NCBI GenBank assembly: GCA_964533065.1
Contig: CAZHLE010000001.1
Coordinates: 37 to 64,036 of the forward strand
Direction of reading: 5' to 3'
DNA length: 64,000 bases
DNA from: an uncultured Woeseiaceae bacterium
GTDB taxonomy: Bacteria; Pseudomonadota; Gammaproteobacteria; Steroidobacterales; Woeseiaceae
The stretch's first letter is position 1, and each line of letters starts with the position of its first letter. The position numbers and the translations under genes are program-made. Of the stretch, positions 55,601-64,000 are shown one piece after another. Under the pieces are notes generated by a model. It had not been told where the DNA came from, did no database searches, and was given only the letters and a program-made list of their open reading frames with translations.

Positions 55601-56499
55601 ATGCGGGTCAGCCGGCGTCGATTCTTGATCCGCGGCAGCTGCCGCCGATCACGATCAAGGCCGGAGAGTTCGCGCTCGGGACACGCTTCCTCGGGGCGGT
55701 AAGCGCCACTTTGCAGCGCACCGCGGATGGCCTTGAAACAACCGATCTGGTTGCCAGGGACAAGTCATTCGAAATCATTGGCGATGGCCGCTGGGTCGTT
55801 GACGAGGCGGACCCGGCGGGTAGCCACAGTTACCTGCGCGCCACGCTGACCAGCACCGATGTCGGTGCGACCATGACGCGGCTGGGTTACGACCCGGGCA
55901 TTGTCTCGGACGATCTCACCATGAGCTTCAACCTGGACTGGTCCGGTGGGCCGCGCAACGATTTCCGCGATTCTCTCAACGGCGAGGCGACCGTTCGCAT
56001 TGGCTCCGGGCAGCTAAGCGACGTGGAACCGGGTGCGGGGCGCATGATGGGCCTGATGAGCGTGGTGGCGCTGCCGCGGCGCCTGTCGCTGGATTTTAGC
56101 GATGTCTTCGGCAAGGGGTTTGGATTTGACCAGATCCGTGGCCGGTTCGCCCTGCAGAACGGCCAGGCGTTCACCTGTGACCTGTCGCTGGAGGGGCCCG
56201 CTGCCCAGATTGGCGTGGTCGGTCGCGCCGGCCTTGTTGATCGGGACTATGACCAAACCGCGATGGTTGGCGCCAATTTCGGCAATGCATTGCCGGTCGT
56301 TGGTGCGGTGCTTGGCGGACCGACAGGTGCCGCCGTAATGCTTATTTTCTCGCAAATATTCAAAAAGCCGCTGGCTGAAGTCAGCCAGGTCTACTACGGT
56401 ATCAGCGGTTCCTGGGACGAGCCGGTCATCGAATCGGTGACGGCGGCTGAATTCGCCTTGCAGGGCGTGCGGTCCGGTTGCATCAACGAGGCGGAATAG
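52651..56499 (+). CDS. yhdP: YhdP family (AsmA-like, DUF3971) envelope protein
   Basis: About 1,280 aa with an N-terminal TM anchor; position after rng as in E. coli; ATG 52651 overlaps the rng stop, and GTG 52648 is an alternative start. Confidence 0.85.
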   Translation: MRLILRRLLKILAYAGACVVILLAIALGLFRLFLPRLPEYQENIKSWASAAIGLEVQFSDMNARWGLRGPEVEFYRAELISPDTEKRIVAAQKVSVGIGLTRFLTDRKAVVDRVVVTETTVEVRQLENGEWWIQGGPPDQLLPKRSVNAAPGDGARIEIIGEDLILLFLQPGDERPREFLIPRLLISRDSVRIAIDAQVELPSDLGQRLMVTATRLLESGEGQEEWQLGVEANELELAGVSMLHTSEAARFDSGRGDIRLSLRVSANGVSRAVADVDLDEVGASGATPFSFDGRFEYLRDDDSWLVAANDFRLETTNGFWPPTDLRVEAGATADGSMSMLDIEASYLKLDDIQVLRPWLPAAQQAMLTDFAPDGIVRNLKAVLSDLDTGQPRFDVAAEFDRIGIAASEKFPGVRGFSGVLRSDATGGLFELRSTDLSIAVPQYLAEAIPLDQLRGTLFWRRGGNRTTLLSDSIVFSNADFHFATSVELTLEDGDRLPVVDLATIWSVNDISVAKKYIPYIPRIPRTSEWFQEGLLAGSIPRGTVRLYGPMDKWPFDGGEGRFLVEANLRDARILYQRRWPVATVPDLDMVIDNMRLYTERNIIINEGNEITNAKIEIGDFRAPVLEVSGASAGPLDSMRALLANSPLGTDIFKGNLDRISASGDGAFDLSLRVPIRDWQSFEFSARVEANDASLKMQGFPAPLTDLSGVVTVGREDISSESLSGMFLGSPVSIELRPATESMPDYRIIGTANGTATAEALVNELGLPLAGSLTGATEFEARMLFARGEQELRKPFTIELSSTLAGIGIDLPQPFNKPAEDAWPLTASIEMPFASEVITTHGGVQDFLSWRLAFSREQDRWGLDRGVVAFGAEAATEAETRGLHFRGHAKQVRMQDWFDRMKQSDSDTGIGDRIRSANMLIDEFYLFGQRIVGHRVRFDRSAEEWLVQFTGPEITGSAYVPYDFTVGRPLVIDMQRLVLPGDEDDAGQPASILDPRQLPPITIKAGEFALGTRFLGAVSATLQRTADGLETTDLVARDKSFEIIGDGRWVVDEADPAGSHSYLRATLTSTDVGATMTRLGYDPGIVSDDLTMSFNLDWSGGPRNDFRDSLNGEATVRIGSGQLSDVEPGAGRMMGLMSVVALPRRLSLDFSDVFGKGFGFDQIRGRFALQNGQAFTCDLSLEGPAAQIGVVGRAGLVDRDYDQTAMVGANFGNALPVVGAVLGGPTGAAVMLIFSQIFKKPLAEVSQVYYGISGSWDEPVIESVTAAEFALQGVRSGCINEAE

Positions 56500-56500
56500 T

Positions 56501-57316
56501 ATGCGTGTCGCAGCAATCCAAATGAACAGTGGCGCGAATGTGGACGCCAATCTGAAACTTGCGGACCAGCTGCTGGCAGACGCCGCTGCCGACGGTGTGA
56601 GGCTTGCGGTGTTGCCGGAAAATTTCGCATTAATGGCGCTAAAGAGCCGCGACAAGGCAGCGCATGCCGAAGCGCCCGGACGTGGTCCGATTCAGGACTT
56701 CCTGGCCGACGCATCGCGCCGCCTTGGTCTGTGGATTGTGGCGGGCAGCATGCCGCTGGCTTCGCCGGAGGCCGAACGCGTGTACGGTGCTTGCCCCGTC
56801 TACGATGATGACGGCCGGCAACGTGCCTGCTATCTGAAAATGCACCTGTTTGACGTGAAGTTGCCGGATCTCGAGGAGTCCTACCAGGAGTCATGGTCGA
56901 TGTATCCGGGCGATGCGCTGGCCGCCGTCGATACACCGATCGGCAAAATCGGGCTGAGCATTTGCTACGACGTCCGCTTCCCCGAACTGTTTCGGCGCCT
57001 GGTCGACCAGGGCGCAACGGTGTTCACTGTTCCTGCGGCATTTACAAAGGTCACGGGGCTGGCACATTGGCATGTCTTGCTGCGCGCCAGGGCCATCGAA
57101 AACCTGGCGTTCGTGATTGCTGCCGGGCAGTATGGTGAACACCCGGACAAGCGATCGACGTTCGGGCATTCGATGATAATCGATCCCTGGGGACGGATTC
57201 TGGCCGAGCAAGCCGAGGGTAACTGTCACGTCGCGGCCGAGGTCGACCCGCAGTTACCGGCGAAGATCAGGGCAGAATTCCCGGCCCTGGCTAACCGGCG
57301 CCTGGGAAAAACTTGA
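56501..57316 (+). CDS. Carbon-nitrogen hydrolase family protein (Nit/YafV-like)
   Basis: AVLPENF, catalytic region [11 protein letters not shown], and the K of KMHLFD. Confidence 0.88.
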   Translation: MRVAAIQMNSGANVDANLKLADQLLADAAADGVRLAVLPENFALMALKSRDKAAHAEAPGRGPIQDFLADASRRLGLWIVAGSMPLASPEAERVYGACPVYDDDGRQRACYLKMHLFDVKLPDLEESYQESWSMYPGDALAAVDTPIGKIGLSICYDVRFPELFRRLVDQGATVFTVPAAFTKVTGLAHWHVLLRARAIENLAFVIAAGQYGEHPDKRSTFGHSMIIDPWGRILAEQAEGNCHVAAEVDPQLPAKIRAEFPALANRRLGKT

Positions 57317-58764
57317 ACACTGACGATCAAAGCACGATTGACGCGGTTTTCGCGCATACGCTCGAACCGGCGGGGCTGGACGAGCGGGTATTGAGCCGAA
57401 CGCTTGGCTCGATGATGCAAAGCGGAGTCGACTATGCCGATCTGTACTTCCAGGTAAGCCGCCAGGAAAGCTGGTCAGTCGAGGACGGTATTATTCGCGA
57501 GGGCAACTACAGCCTCGACAAGGGTGTCGGCGTACGTGCCGTCAGTGGCGAAAAGACCGGCTTCGCCTATTCGGACGAGCTGCTCCTGCCGGCGCTGCAG
57601 CAGGCAGCGTCCGCCGCACGCGCCATCGCTAGGACAGGTGAATCGAAAGCCGTGCAGGCGTGGCGCCGGGATAACTCGCCACCCATGTATCCGCTCATCG
57701 ATCCGATCAGCAGTATCTCGGACCAGCAGAAAACAGGGATGCTCGCGACTCTCGAGCAGGCTACTCGCGCCCTCGACCCACGCGTCGAGCAGGTCATTAT
57801 CAGCCTGAGCAGTTGCCACGAGTTGTTGCTGGTTGCGGCATCCGACGGCACGCTTGCCGCCGATGCGCGGCCGCTCGTGCGCCTGAACGTAAGCGTGATA
57901 CTCGAGAAGAACGGTCGCCGCGAACAGGGTTATGCCGGCGGTGGCGCGAGAACCGACCTGAATTATTTCCTGTCGGGCGAGATACCGTTGCAGTATGCGC
58001 GCGAAGCCGTGCGCCAGGCGGCGGTGCAAATGGAGGCGATCGCGGCCCCGGCGGGAACCATGCCGGTCGTACTTGGACCCGGCTGGCCAGGCATCCTGCT
58101 GCATGAGGCGGTCGGGCACGGCCTGGAAGGTGACTTTAATCGCAAAGGTACGTCAGCATTCTCCGGTCGCGTCGGGCAACGCGTGGCATCGAAAGAGTGC
58201 ACCATCGTTGATGATGGCACTTTGCCGAATCGTCGCGGCTCCCTGGCGATCGACGACGAAGGCACACCGGGTCAGTACACGGTACTGGTCGAGAACGGAA
58301 TTCTGCGCGGCTATATGCAGGACAAGCTTAACGCCCGCCTGATGGGCGTCGCTCCGACCGGCAATGGGCGGCGGGAATCCTTTGCGCACATGCCGATGCC
58401 ACGCATGACCAATACCTACATGCTGGCCGGTCCGCATGTGCCCGAGGAAATCATCGCCTCCGTCCGCAAGGGCCTCTACGCGCCGAATTTCGGTGGCGGG
58501 CAGGTGGATATCACTTCCGGCAAATTCGTGTTTTCCGCCAGCGAGGCGTACCTGATCGAGAACGGCAGGATCACCGCGCCGGTGAAAGGCGCAATGCTGA
58601 TAGGCGATGGGCCGGAAGCACTGCGCCGTATCTCAATGATCGGCAATAACCTCGAGCTCGACACGGGCGTTGGTACCTGCGGCAAGGAAGGGCAGTCCGT
58701 GCCGGTTGGCGTCGGCCAGCCGACGTTGAAGATTGACGAAATCACAGTTGGCGGCACGGCTTGA
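57313..58764 (+). CDS. tldD: Metalloprotease TldD
   Basis: [32 protein letters not shown] motifs; TTG start. Confidence 0.95.
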   Translation: MNTDDQSTIDAVFAHTLEPAGLDERVLSRTLGSMMQSGVDYADLYFQVSRQESWSVEDGIIREGNYSLDKGVGVRAVSGEKTGFAYSDELLLPALQQAASAARAIARTGESKAVQAWRRDNSPPMYPLIDPISSISDQQKTGMLATLEQATRALDPRVEQVIISLSSCHELLLVAASDGTLAADARPLVRLNVSVILEKNGRREQGYAGGGARTDLNYFLSGEIPLQYAREAVRQAAVQMEAIAAPAGTMPVVLGPGWPGILLHEAVGHGLEGDFNRKGTSAFSGRVGQRVASKECTIVDDGTLPNRRGSLAIDDEGTPGQYTVLVENGILRGYMQDKLNARLMGVAPTGNGRRESFAHMPMPRMTNTYMLAGPHVPEEIIASVRKGLYAPNFGGGQVDITSGKFVFSASEAYLIENGRITAPVKGAMLIGDGPEALRRISMIGNNLELDTGVGTCGKEGQSVPVGVGQPTLKIDEITVGGTA

Positions 58765-58870
58765 CATAAGTTTGCGCCAAGGCCCTTGAACGACCGAGTC
58801 TGTGAGATCGCTCACTCAATTCAACATAGTGTTTCGGTACTGTATCCCGGTCGCATGGAGGGACGCCCTG

Positions 58871-59038
58871 ATGGCTTTCGAAAATACAATTACAGAAATG
58901 GATCTCGACGCCAATTCGAGGCATTTCGTTCAGAGTCTGGGCAAGGACGGGCAGGACTACGAGCCGGACCTGGTGGTGGATGGCATGTCCGAATCCCTGT
59001 TGTCACGCCTGTTCAGCCTGTTCGGGATAGGGCACTAA
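58871..59038 (+). CDS. Small acidic hypothetical protein (55 aa)
   Basis: GGAGGG SD 8 nt before ATG 58871 (internal to track ORF 58802..59038); no family recognised. Confidence 0.4.
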   Translation: MAFENTITEMDLDANSRHFVQSLGKDGQDYEPDLVVDGMSESLLSRLFSLFGIGH

Positions 59039-59099
59039 GCACCAGTTCCGACCTCAGGCCGCTGGACTCAACGGCGGCGGTTATGGACAATCTGTAGCC

Positions 59100-59306
59100 A
59101 TGTGGGTCGCCAAGCCAATCTACGAAAGCCTCCCGTACTTCTACCTGCTGGTAGGTGCGCTCTGCCTGGCTGCGTCAATGTACGTCAACCACTGGTACTG
59201 GCCAACGATCAGTTTCGGCACGGGGGTCGTGTGCCTGGTAGCGGGGCTGGTGGTATTACTCAAACGCCGCGACTTTCGCGCCTCGGACCGGCGCACGGGT
59301 CACTAG
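59100..59306 (+). CDS. Small membrane protein (68 aa, two predicted TM helices)
   Basis: Hydrophobic segments LPYFYLLVGALCLAASMYV and ISFGTGVVCLVAGLVVLL followed by a basic tail. Confidence 0.45.
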   Translation: MWVAKPIYESLPYFYLLVGALCLAASMYVNHWYWPTISFGTGVVCLVAGLVVLLKRRDFRASDRRTGH

Positions 59307-59311
59307 CGATA

Positions 59312-60514
59312 TCATCCGGCCGCTGAGGCTTCGTCGTCATTAGCTCGCCGCAGGTCGGTATAGACGAGTTCGTGCACGCCGAGCGAGACCACGTCCCCAT
59401 CCTGCAACAGGTATTTCTTGACCTGCTGCTCGCCAATAAAAACGCCATTGGTGCTGTTCAGATCTTCGATCGTGCAGCCTTCATCGTCGCTGATCAGCTG
59501 TGCATGATGGCGGCTCACAAACTTGCTCTTGATGTAAATTTCGTTGTCCGGCGAACGCCCGATGATGATTCGTCCGAGCCCGAATGACTGTACCGACAGT
59601 GACTCTCCCGCGGAGCGGACTTCGATCTGGGTAAGCTGGGTTTCGCCACCATGACGAGCGGCGACCTGGCGCAGCTTTTCAAACCGGCCGGTGTTGCTTT
59701 CGTGTTCTTTCCAGTCCAGCTCCTTTACCGCCGCCATGATGTCATCGGCGGTCAGTGAGGTCTTCTCGTCTGCGAACGCGCACAACAGTACCGTGTCGCA
59801 CAAGGTATTGATCAGTCGCGGTACGCCGCCCGAATATCGATAGATAATCTCGAAACAGCTGTCATCGAAAATATCATTGGGCGAGCGGCCGGCAACGGCG
59901 AGGCGGTGATCGATGTACTCACGCATATCGCGCGCATCCAGTGGACCAAGGTGAAAGCGCAACCGGACCCGCTGCACCAGCTGCTTCAGGCTTGGCGAAT
60001 CGAGCGTGTCTTTCAGTTCCGGCTGGCCCGCGAGAATGATGCGCAGCACTTTTTCCTTGTGTGTTTCGATGCCGGAAATCATGCGAATCTCTTCGAGGAC
60101 CTTCTTGCTCAGGTTCTGGGCCTCGTCGACGATCAATACCACTTTCTTGCCATTTGAGTACTGCTCGATCAGGAACATGTTGAGTGTGTCGAGCAGCTCG
60201 ACCTTGTGCTGGTCAAACGGCTTGAAACCGAACTCGGTAAGCACCGCCTGCAGGAATTCGGTCGGCGTCAGCTGCGTCTGGGATACCACGGCATAAACGA
60301 CGTTGTCATCAAGCTCGGCCAGGAAGGACTGCAGCAGGGTGGTCTTGCCCGAGCCGATTTCACCGGTGATAACGACAAAGCCATCGGCCAGCCAGATGGT
60401 CGACTCCATATAGGCTTTGGCCCGGGCATGCTGTTTGCTCCAGTAAAGGAAATCCGGGTCAGGAGTCAGGCGAAACGGCTGCTCGCTGAGTTTGAAATGC
60501 TCGAGATAGGACAT
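59312..60514 (-). CDS. ExeA/MshM-like AAA+ ATPase fused to a C-terminal FHA domain
   Basis: N-terminus MSYLEHFKLSEQPF, Walker A GEIGSGKTT, Walker B LIVDEAQ, ILAGQPEL; FHA signature GRSPDN...SRHHAQL...STNGVF (about 59360-59602). Confidence 0.8.
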   Translation of the reverse strand: MSYLEHFKLSEQPFRLTPDPDFLYWSKQHARAKAYMESTIWLADGFVVITGEIGSGKTTLLQSFLAELDDNVVYAVVSQTQLTPTEFLQAVLTEFGFKPFDQHKVELLDTLNMFLIEQYSNGKKVVLIVDEAQNLSKKVLEEIRMISGIETHKEKVLRIILAGQPELKDTLDSPSLKQLVQRVRLRFHLGPLDARDMREYIDHRLAVAGRSPNDIFDDSCFEIIYRYSGGVPRLINTLCDTVLLCAFADEKTSLTADDIMAAVKELDWKEHESNTGRFEKLRQVAARHGGETQLTQIEVRSAGESLSVQSFGLGRIIIGRSPDNEIYIKSKFVSRHHAQLISDDEGCTIEDLNSTNGVFIGEQQVKKYLLQDGDVVSLGVHELVYTDLRRANDDEASAAG

Positions 60515-60577
60515 GATGCCTTTTTGTTTCCAGCCAGTTTACCCGCTTTTCGCCGCGCCGGGCTACGCCACAGGCCC

Positions 60578-61669
60578 TTACGGCGGCGCGGAGTGCGTCA
60601 CAGTTTCACAGAGCTGGGCCAGCAGCGTGTCGCGGATGCTGGCCGAATCGCCGAGAACCGTAATATGCCCGAGCTTGCGGCCCGGCCGCGGCGCCTTGCC
60701 ATAATCGTGCAGGGTGGCTTCGGCCGGCAGCCGTAAATTGCCCGGAATTTCCCCGATCAGGTTCAGCATGCCGGCGTGCGCCAACAAGCTCGGCGTAGGC
60801 AGTGCCCGGCCGCTGATCGCCAGCAGGTGCGCGGTGAACTGGCTGGGACTCGCACCTTCGATGGTCCAGTGCCCGGAATTATGTACCCGTGGTGCGAATT
60901 CATTGGCCAGCAATTGTTCGCCGGTGACGAACAATTCGAGCGCCAGCACGCCGACATAGTCGAGATGCCGAAGCAGGGTGGTCACATATTTCTCTGCCCG
61001 GCTCGTCAGTACGTCGTTTTGCAGCGGTGCGGTCGAAGTTCGCAGAATGCCATCGGCATGTTCGTTGCGTGTCAATGGATAGCAGATGATGTCGCCCGAT
61101 ACATTACGCGCGGCGATTGCAGAAATTTCATAGTCAAAGTTGACCCATTGCTCGGCAATCAGTTTGCCGCCGCCGCAGTGGTGCCACGCGATCTCAAGCT
61201 CAGCCAGCTGCCGTACGATAAATTGTCCCTTGCCGTCGTAACCCAGCCTGCGAGTCTTGAGCACCAGCGGTAATCCAAGCCGGCTTGCTGCAACGCCAAG
61301 GTCATGGAGCGAACCCACGCGGTGATATTCGGGCAAAGGAATAGCTAATTGCTGAAACAGCTGCTTCTCGGAAAGCCGGTCCTGCGCGTGGCCGAGCGTT
61401 GCAGGTGGCGGATAGACGGGCACCCGCTTTGCAATCTTCAGCAATGCCTCGACCGGAACATTCTCAAACTCGTAGGTAATGACGTCGCTGGTTTCCGCAA
61501 GCCGGGCCAGCGCCGCGTCATCGTCAAAAGCAGCCCGCGTGACCGGGCCGCAGGCTGCAGCCGGTGGATTGGGCGCCGGGTCGATAAACTGGCACTGCAT
61601 GCCGAGGTCTAGGGCTGCAAATCCCAGCATCTGGCCGAGTTGACCGGCACCGATAATGCCAATTCGCAT
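60578..61669 (-). CDS. purK: N5-carboxyaminoimidazole ribonucleotide synthase
   Basis: MRIGIIGAGQLGQML, ATP-grasp core, PRPGRKLGH C-terminal motif. Confidence 0.95.
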   Translation of the reverse strand: MRIGIIGAGQLGQMLGFAALDLGMQCQFIDPAPNPPAAACGPVTRAAFDDDAALARLAETSDVITYEFENVPVEALLKIAKRVPVYPPPATLGHAQDRLSEKQLFQQLAIPLPEYHRVGSLHDLGVAASRLGLPLVLKTRRLGYDGKGQFIVRQLAELEIAWHHCGGGKLIAEQWVNFDYEISAIAARNVSGDIICYPLTRNEHADGILRTSTAPLQNDVLTSRAEKYVTTLLRHLDYVGVLALELFVTGEQLLANEFAPRVHNSGHWTIEGASPSQFTAHLLAISGRALPTPSLLAHAGMLNLIGEIPGNLRLPAEATLHDYGKAPRPGRKLGHITVLGDSASIRDTLLAQLCETVTHSAPP

Positions 61670-61677
61670 AATTCGAT

Positions 61678-62169
61678 CTATTGGTTTTTGGGATTGTTGG
61701 TGGCTAGCACTTTGCTGGTCTGCTCGTGGCGAAAATTGTCCAACGCTTCGGCGACGGTCGCATCGTTGTTGGCCAGGATTGCGGCAGCGAGCAGGGCGGC
61801 ATTGATCGCGCCGGCCTTGCCAATCGCCATTGTGCCGACCGGCACGCCGGCGGGCATCTGTACGATCGAAAGCAGCGAATCGACGCCCTGCATTGATTTG
61901 GATTGCACCGGCACACCGAGCACCGGCAGACGGGTTTTAGCAGCCGCCATTCCGGGCAGGTGCGCGGCGCCGCCGGCGCCGGCAATAATTACCTTGAGGC
62001 CGCGTTCAACAGCGGAAGATGCATAGGAGAACAACAGGTCGGGCGTGCGGTGTGCGGATACCACTTTGACCTCATGACCAATACCGAGATCGTCGAGCGT
62101 ATCGCTGGCATGCCGCATCGTATCCCAATCGGATTGCGAGCCCATGATGATGCCGACCTCAACTTTCAT
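61678..62169 (-). CDS. purE: N5-carboxyaminoimidazole ribonucleotide mutase
   Basis: [25 protein letters not shown] motifs. Confidence 0.97.
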   Translation of the reverse strand: MKVEVGIIMGSQSDWDTMRHASDTLDDLGIGHEVKVVSAHRTPDLLFSYASSAVERGLKVIIAGAGGAAHLPGMAAAKTRLPVLGVPVQSKSMQGVDSLLSIVQMPAGVPVGTMAIGKAGAINAALLAAAILANNDATVAEALDNFRHEQTSKVLATNNPKNQ

Positions 62170-62657
62170 TGCGCAATTCTAACCAGAATGTCATGTACGC
62201 GCCGGAAAACTTGCCGCTTAAGCGCTTTCTCGGTGCGTTCATTCGGAGTTCTCTCCAGTTCCTTGAGCAATAGTGCAAGCTCGGCGTCGACCGTGCTCGT
62301 TTCAGCAGCGAATTTATCCAGTGCAGATTGCCCGTCCTGCAAGAAACTGTCACGCCACTGCTCTGCCTTAGCGAACAGTCGTTTTTCTCGCAGCTCGCGG
62401 GCGCCGAGACTGGCAAGGCGTGCACGAATCAGCTCAGCATCATTCTGCCGCATGAGTTTTCCAATCAATTGCTTTTGCCGGCGCAATGCACCATGGGCTT
62501 TCATTTTTGCGGCAGCGCGGACGGCGACCAACAGCTCGTCACTCAAGCCGATCGAATCCAGTTCGCTGTTCTTAAGCGGGATCAAATGCTCACCGAGCTC
62601 CTGCAGCGCGTGTTGTTCGCGCTTGCGCGCATTTTTGCTGGGCTTCTCCATAGTCAC
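62166..62657 (-). CDS. yjgA: Ribosome-associated protein YjgA (DUF615)
   Basis: Highly charged helical protein ([12 protein letters not shown]); divergent from pmbA as in E. coli. Confidence 0.8.
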   Translation of the reverse strand: MTMEKPSKNARKREQHALQELGEHLIPLKNSELDSIGLSDELLVAVRAAAKMKAHGALRRQKQLIGKLMRQNDAELIRARLASLGARELREKRLFAKAEQWRDSFLQDGQSALDKFAAETSTVDAELALLLKELERTPNERTEKALKRQVFRRVHDILVRIAQ

Positions 62658-62709
62658 CGGCTAAGCTACCTGAGGGTTGCAGAGTAATTACAGGGAGTTT
62701 TCATTTACG

Positions 62710-64000
62710 ATGGGCAACATTGCCACAACAGGGTCGCTGGGTCAGCAAGAACTCGAAGCACTGGTGCAAATGGCGCTCGCCGAAGCCCGGCAGCAGGGCG
62801 TGGACCAGGCGGAAGTGGCAGCCAGCCACGATATTGGCCTGCTTGCGACTGCCCGGCTTGGCGATGTCGAAAACCTGGAATATACCAACGACCGCGGCCT
62901 CGGTATCACGGTGTACAAGAATGGCTGCAAGGGCAGTGCAAGCACCTCCGACGTCTCGGCAGACTCGATCCGGGAGGTTGTACGCAAAGCGTGTACCTTC
63001 GCCTCCTGTACTGCCGCGGATAAACACGCGGGACTCGCCGATGCCGAACTGATGTGCCGCGATATTCGCGATCTCGACCTCGACTACGAATGGTCGATTA
63101 ACTCCACGGACGCGATTGCAATGGCGATCGATTGTGAGAAAGCCGCTTTGGAGTTCGATTCACGTATCAACAATTCTGAGGGTGCAACGGTGTCGACCAG
63201 TCGCGGCACTCGCGCATATGGCAATACGCACGGTTTTGTCGGCAGTTACAGCAAATCCAGCCACAGCATCAATTGCGTCGTGCTCGGCTCCGACAACGGT
63301 GAAATGCAACGAGATTTTCATTACAGCGCCGCGCGTGATCCGGCGGATCTCGAGGACATCAGGTCCATCGGGGAGCTCGCAGCGACGCGTACCGTGGGGC
63401 GTCTCGGGGCGCGCAAGATCAAGACCACCAAGGCGCCGGTATTGTTCGTTCCCGAGCTGGCTCGCGGCTTTATCGGCCACGCGATCGGCGCCATTTCCGG
63501 CGGTGCGCAATATCGACGCGCATCATTCCTGCTGGACGCGCTGGGCGAAAAGATTTTTCCGGAATTTGTGTCCATTCATGAGCGCCCGCATTTACCCAAG
63601 GCGATGGCGAGCGCGCCGTTCGATGCCGAGGGCGTGGGTACTTTCGATCGCGATATCGTGGCCGACGGAGTGCTTGCCGGCTATGTGCTGGGCAGTTATG
63701 CGGCACGGCGACTGGGCATGCAGTCCACAGCGAATGCGGGTGGCACGCAAAACCTGATCGTAACCGGCAACGGCCGCGATCTGGCAGCGTTGATCAGGGA
63801 CATGGGCACCGGCCTCGTGGTTGCCGAGCTGATCGGGCAGGGAGTCAATGCCGTAACCGGCGATTACTCACGAGGTGCCGTCGGGCACTGGGTTGATAAC
63901 GGCCAGATCCAGTTTCCAGTGCATGAGGTGACCATTGCCGGAAACTTGCGCGATTTATATGCGCGCATTGCCGCCATTGGTTCGGATCAGGATCTGCGTG
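62710..64000 (+). CDS. pmbA: Metalloprotease PmbA (TldE), 3' end truncated by window edge
   Basis: Not in the ORF track (no stop in the window). Hand translation from ATG 62710 gives MGNIATTGSLGQQELEALV...NSEGATVS...GDYSRGAVGHWVDNGQIQFPVHEVTIAGNL, matching PmbA. Confidence 0.9.
   Translation, partial: MGNIATTGSLGQQELEALVQMALAEARQQGVDQAEVAASHDIGLLATARLGDVENLEYTNDRGLGITVYKNGCKGSASTSDVSADSIREVVRKACTFASCTAADKHAGLADAELMCRDIRDLDLDYEWSINSTDAIAMAIDCEKAALEFDSRINNSEGATVSTSRGTRAYGNTHGFVGSYSKSSHSINCVVLGSDNGEMQRDFHYSAARDPADLEDIRSIGELAATRTVGRLGARKIKTTKAPVLFVPELARGFIGHAIGAISGGAQYRRASFLLDALGEKIFPEFVSIHERPHLPKAMASAPFDAEGVGTFDRDIVADGVLAGYVLGSYAARRLGMQSTANAGGTQNLIVTGNGRDLAALIRDMGTGLVVAELIGQGVNAVTGDYSRGAVGHWVDNGQIQFPVHEVTIAGNLRDLYARIAAIGSDQDLR

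Noticed and set aside
58786-59097. 103-aa ORF in an alternative frame over the small acidic ORF
   Set aside because: It is Arg/Gly-rich with no SD. The overlapping 55-aa frame has a proper SD and a protein-like composition.

Overview
This is a 64-kb chromosomal window from a roughly 58-60% GC genome with Gammaproteobacteria-like gene order, mostly core housekeeping genes. From 1 to 15.3 kb: tuf (5' end cut by the window edge), then the complete S10-spc-alpha ribosomal-protein superoperon (rpsJ to rplQ, including secY, rpmJ and rpoA). From 15.3 to 22.7 kb: small accessory or stress-type genes (SDR, pepQ, trpS, DUF3291, GNAT, bPH membrane protein, GFA, upp, an internally deleted DUF1801 pseudogene, TerB-like, VOC). 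From 22.7 to 35.8 kb: uup, slyX, a tightly coupled four-gene operon of unknown function centred on a 1,361-aa multi-pass membrane protein, then uvrA, an MFS transporter and ssb. From 35.8 to 58.8 kb: miaB-phoH-ybeY-corC-lnt-leuS-lptE, a 4-kb interposed block (HExxH protein, hisI, cysS-sufE-yidD, MerC-like, Trm112-like), then holA-nadD-rsfS-rlmH-maf-rng-yhdP-nit-tldD. From 58.8 to 64 kb: two small ORFs, an ExeA-like AAA+ ATPase fused to an FHA domain, purK-purE-yjgA, and pmbA (3' end cut by the window edge). I found no rRNA, tRNA, CRISPR array, transposase or integrase. The main non-genic signals are a three-copy family of nested perfect palindromes sharing the core GGGGTCAGAGCCC, each just 3' of a highly expressed gene, and a 0.46-kb non-coding insertion inside the S10 operon flanked by a ~19-nt direct repeat. 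The best candidate for an undescribed system is the 24.9-31.1 kb operon, with the AAA-FHA locus second. All calls come from reading the supplied translations and the DNA by eye. No database search was run, so family names are recalled motif-level assignments.
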